Source: Vicugna vicugna (Eukaryota). From it: a DNA stretch of 64,000 nucleotides. A program made the translations under genes and the position numbers. This document shows positions 63,089 through 64,000 of the stretch, in pieces; position 1 is the stretch's first letter, and the number at the start of each line of letters is the position of its first letter. The stretch lies in the NCBI GenBank assembly GCA_013265495.1, contig MU057560.1:2170909-2234908 (forward strand), read 5' to 3'. The notes under the pieces are model-generated. The model did no database searches. It was not told where the DNA came from and saw nothing but the letters and a program-made list of their open reading frames with translations.

Positions 63089-64000
63089 CCCCCTCTGCAG
63101 GAGCAGCCATGTACGGCATTGACGAGCCACGGCCCCTCCTCCATCCGCGCTGTTTCCTCGTGATCCGCCGATGGGCTTGCACGCCTTTACCGTCGAGATC
63201 CCACTTGCCCTGCTCTTGCCTGTTCATCCCCGTTTAGCTCCTTCATGGCTATTCTGTGGGGTCTCTGGGAATGGGAGACTCATGTGGCCAGCCTGTCCTG
63301 GTCACGATGCTTCTCACCGACGTTTGACTTGTGTCACGCCGTCATGTTCTAGGTCTTCCTGGGAAGCCCCTGGAGGCCCCTCCGGAGGAGGCAGGGAGAA
63401 AGTGGGCCCTTGTCCCGTCCCACCCGAGCAGGTGCCCAGTTCCTCAAGAGGTAAATCCCAGGGGTCACCTTCCAACTTCAGCTGGCAGGTGGGGCCACAG
63501 GGATGGGAGAGTCCTGACTTTGGCCGGTGTGTCTGCACCCTCAGCGCTGAGACCACCTGGGCCAGCCGGATGCCGGCATCTGCTGTCCCAGGACCTTGTG
63601 CGGATTCAGAGAGAGAGGTGCCCAACGCAGGTGACTCTCAGCCACTTCTGGCTTCAGCTCATCCTGTGGACCAGAGGGAGCAAGGCGCCTGTGTGCTACG
63701 TGGAGGGGAGAGGGTCTCAGGGGGCTGGGCCCCCCCAATTCCTTCTATATGTGAGCCCCTCCAAAGCAGAAGCTGTGTCGTTTCTCTTTTTGCATCAGTT
63801 TCTGCCTCTTCTTAGGAGGGTGGTGAGTGTGTGCAGAATTAGCCAAGCCATGGGGAAGGGGCTCTCTCTCCCCAGGGAGTCTGGCCTTCCTTCCACCTGG
63901 GCCAGGTGGTCACCGAGAGTCAGCCCACAGAGGGGTGGGATGGGGGCTCACCGTGGTGAGGGCCAGGGAGATGAGGGAGACCCCCGAGCAGGGCTGGAAA

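Overview
This is GC- and CpG-rich mammalian DNA, most likely from a camelid, because it carries four tRNA-Ala-derived SINEs of the Vic-1 type. The only protein-coding gene I can support is the 3' end of EIPR1 (TSSC1), a WD40-repeat EARP/GARP interactor. Its last four coding exons lie on the + strand (6784-6920, 9287-9454, 10832-10999, 13095-13269), with consistent GT-AG phases and an AATAAA at 13570. The remaining ~50 kb is intergenic; in human synteny it corresponds to the gene-poor interval running from EIPR1 towards MYT1L. It holds decayed L1, L2, MIR, MaLR/ERV1 LTR and DNA-transposon fragments. Notable features are a 3.3-kb, apparently homogeneous 44-bp (2 x 22) minisatellite, two smaller tandem repeats, an orphan CpG-island-like segment, AT-rich homeobox-motif-dense candidate enhancers and a near-consensus CTCF site. 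Old repeats show widespread AT-to-GC drift, suggesting GC-biased gene conversion. I found no convincing new multi-gene system; almost all ORFs in the track are chance ORFs of GC-rich or low-complexity DNA. Repeat family names come from remembered consensus sequences, repeat boundaries are approximate, and both need RepeatMasker/Dfam confirmation.
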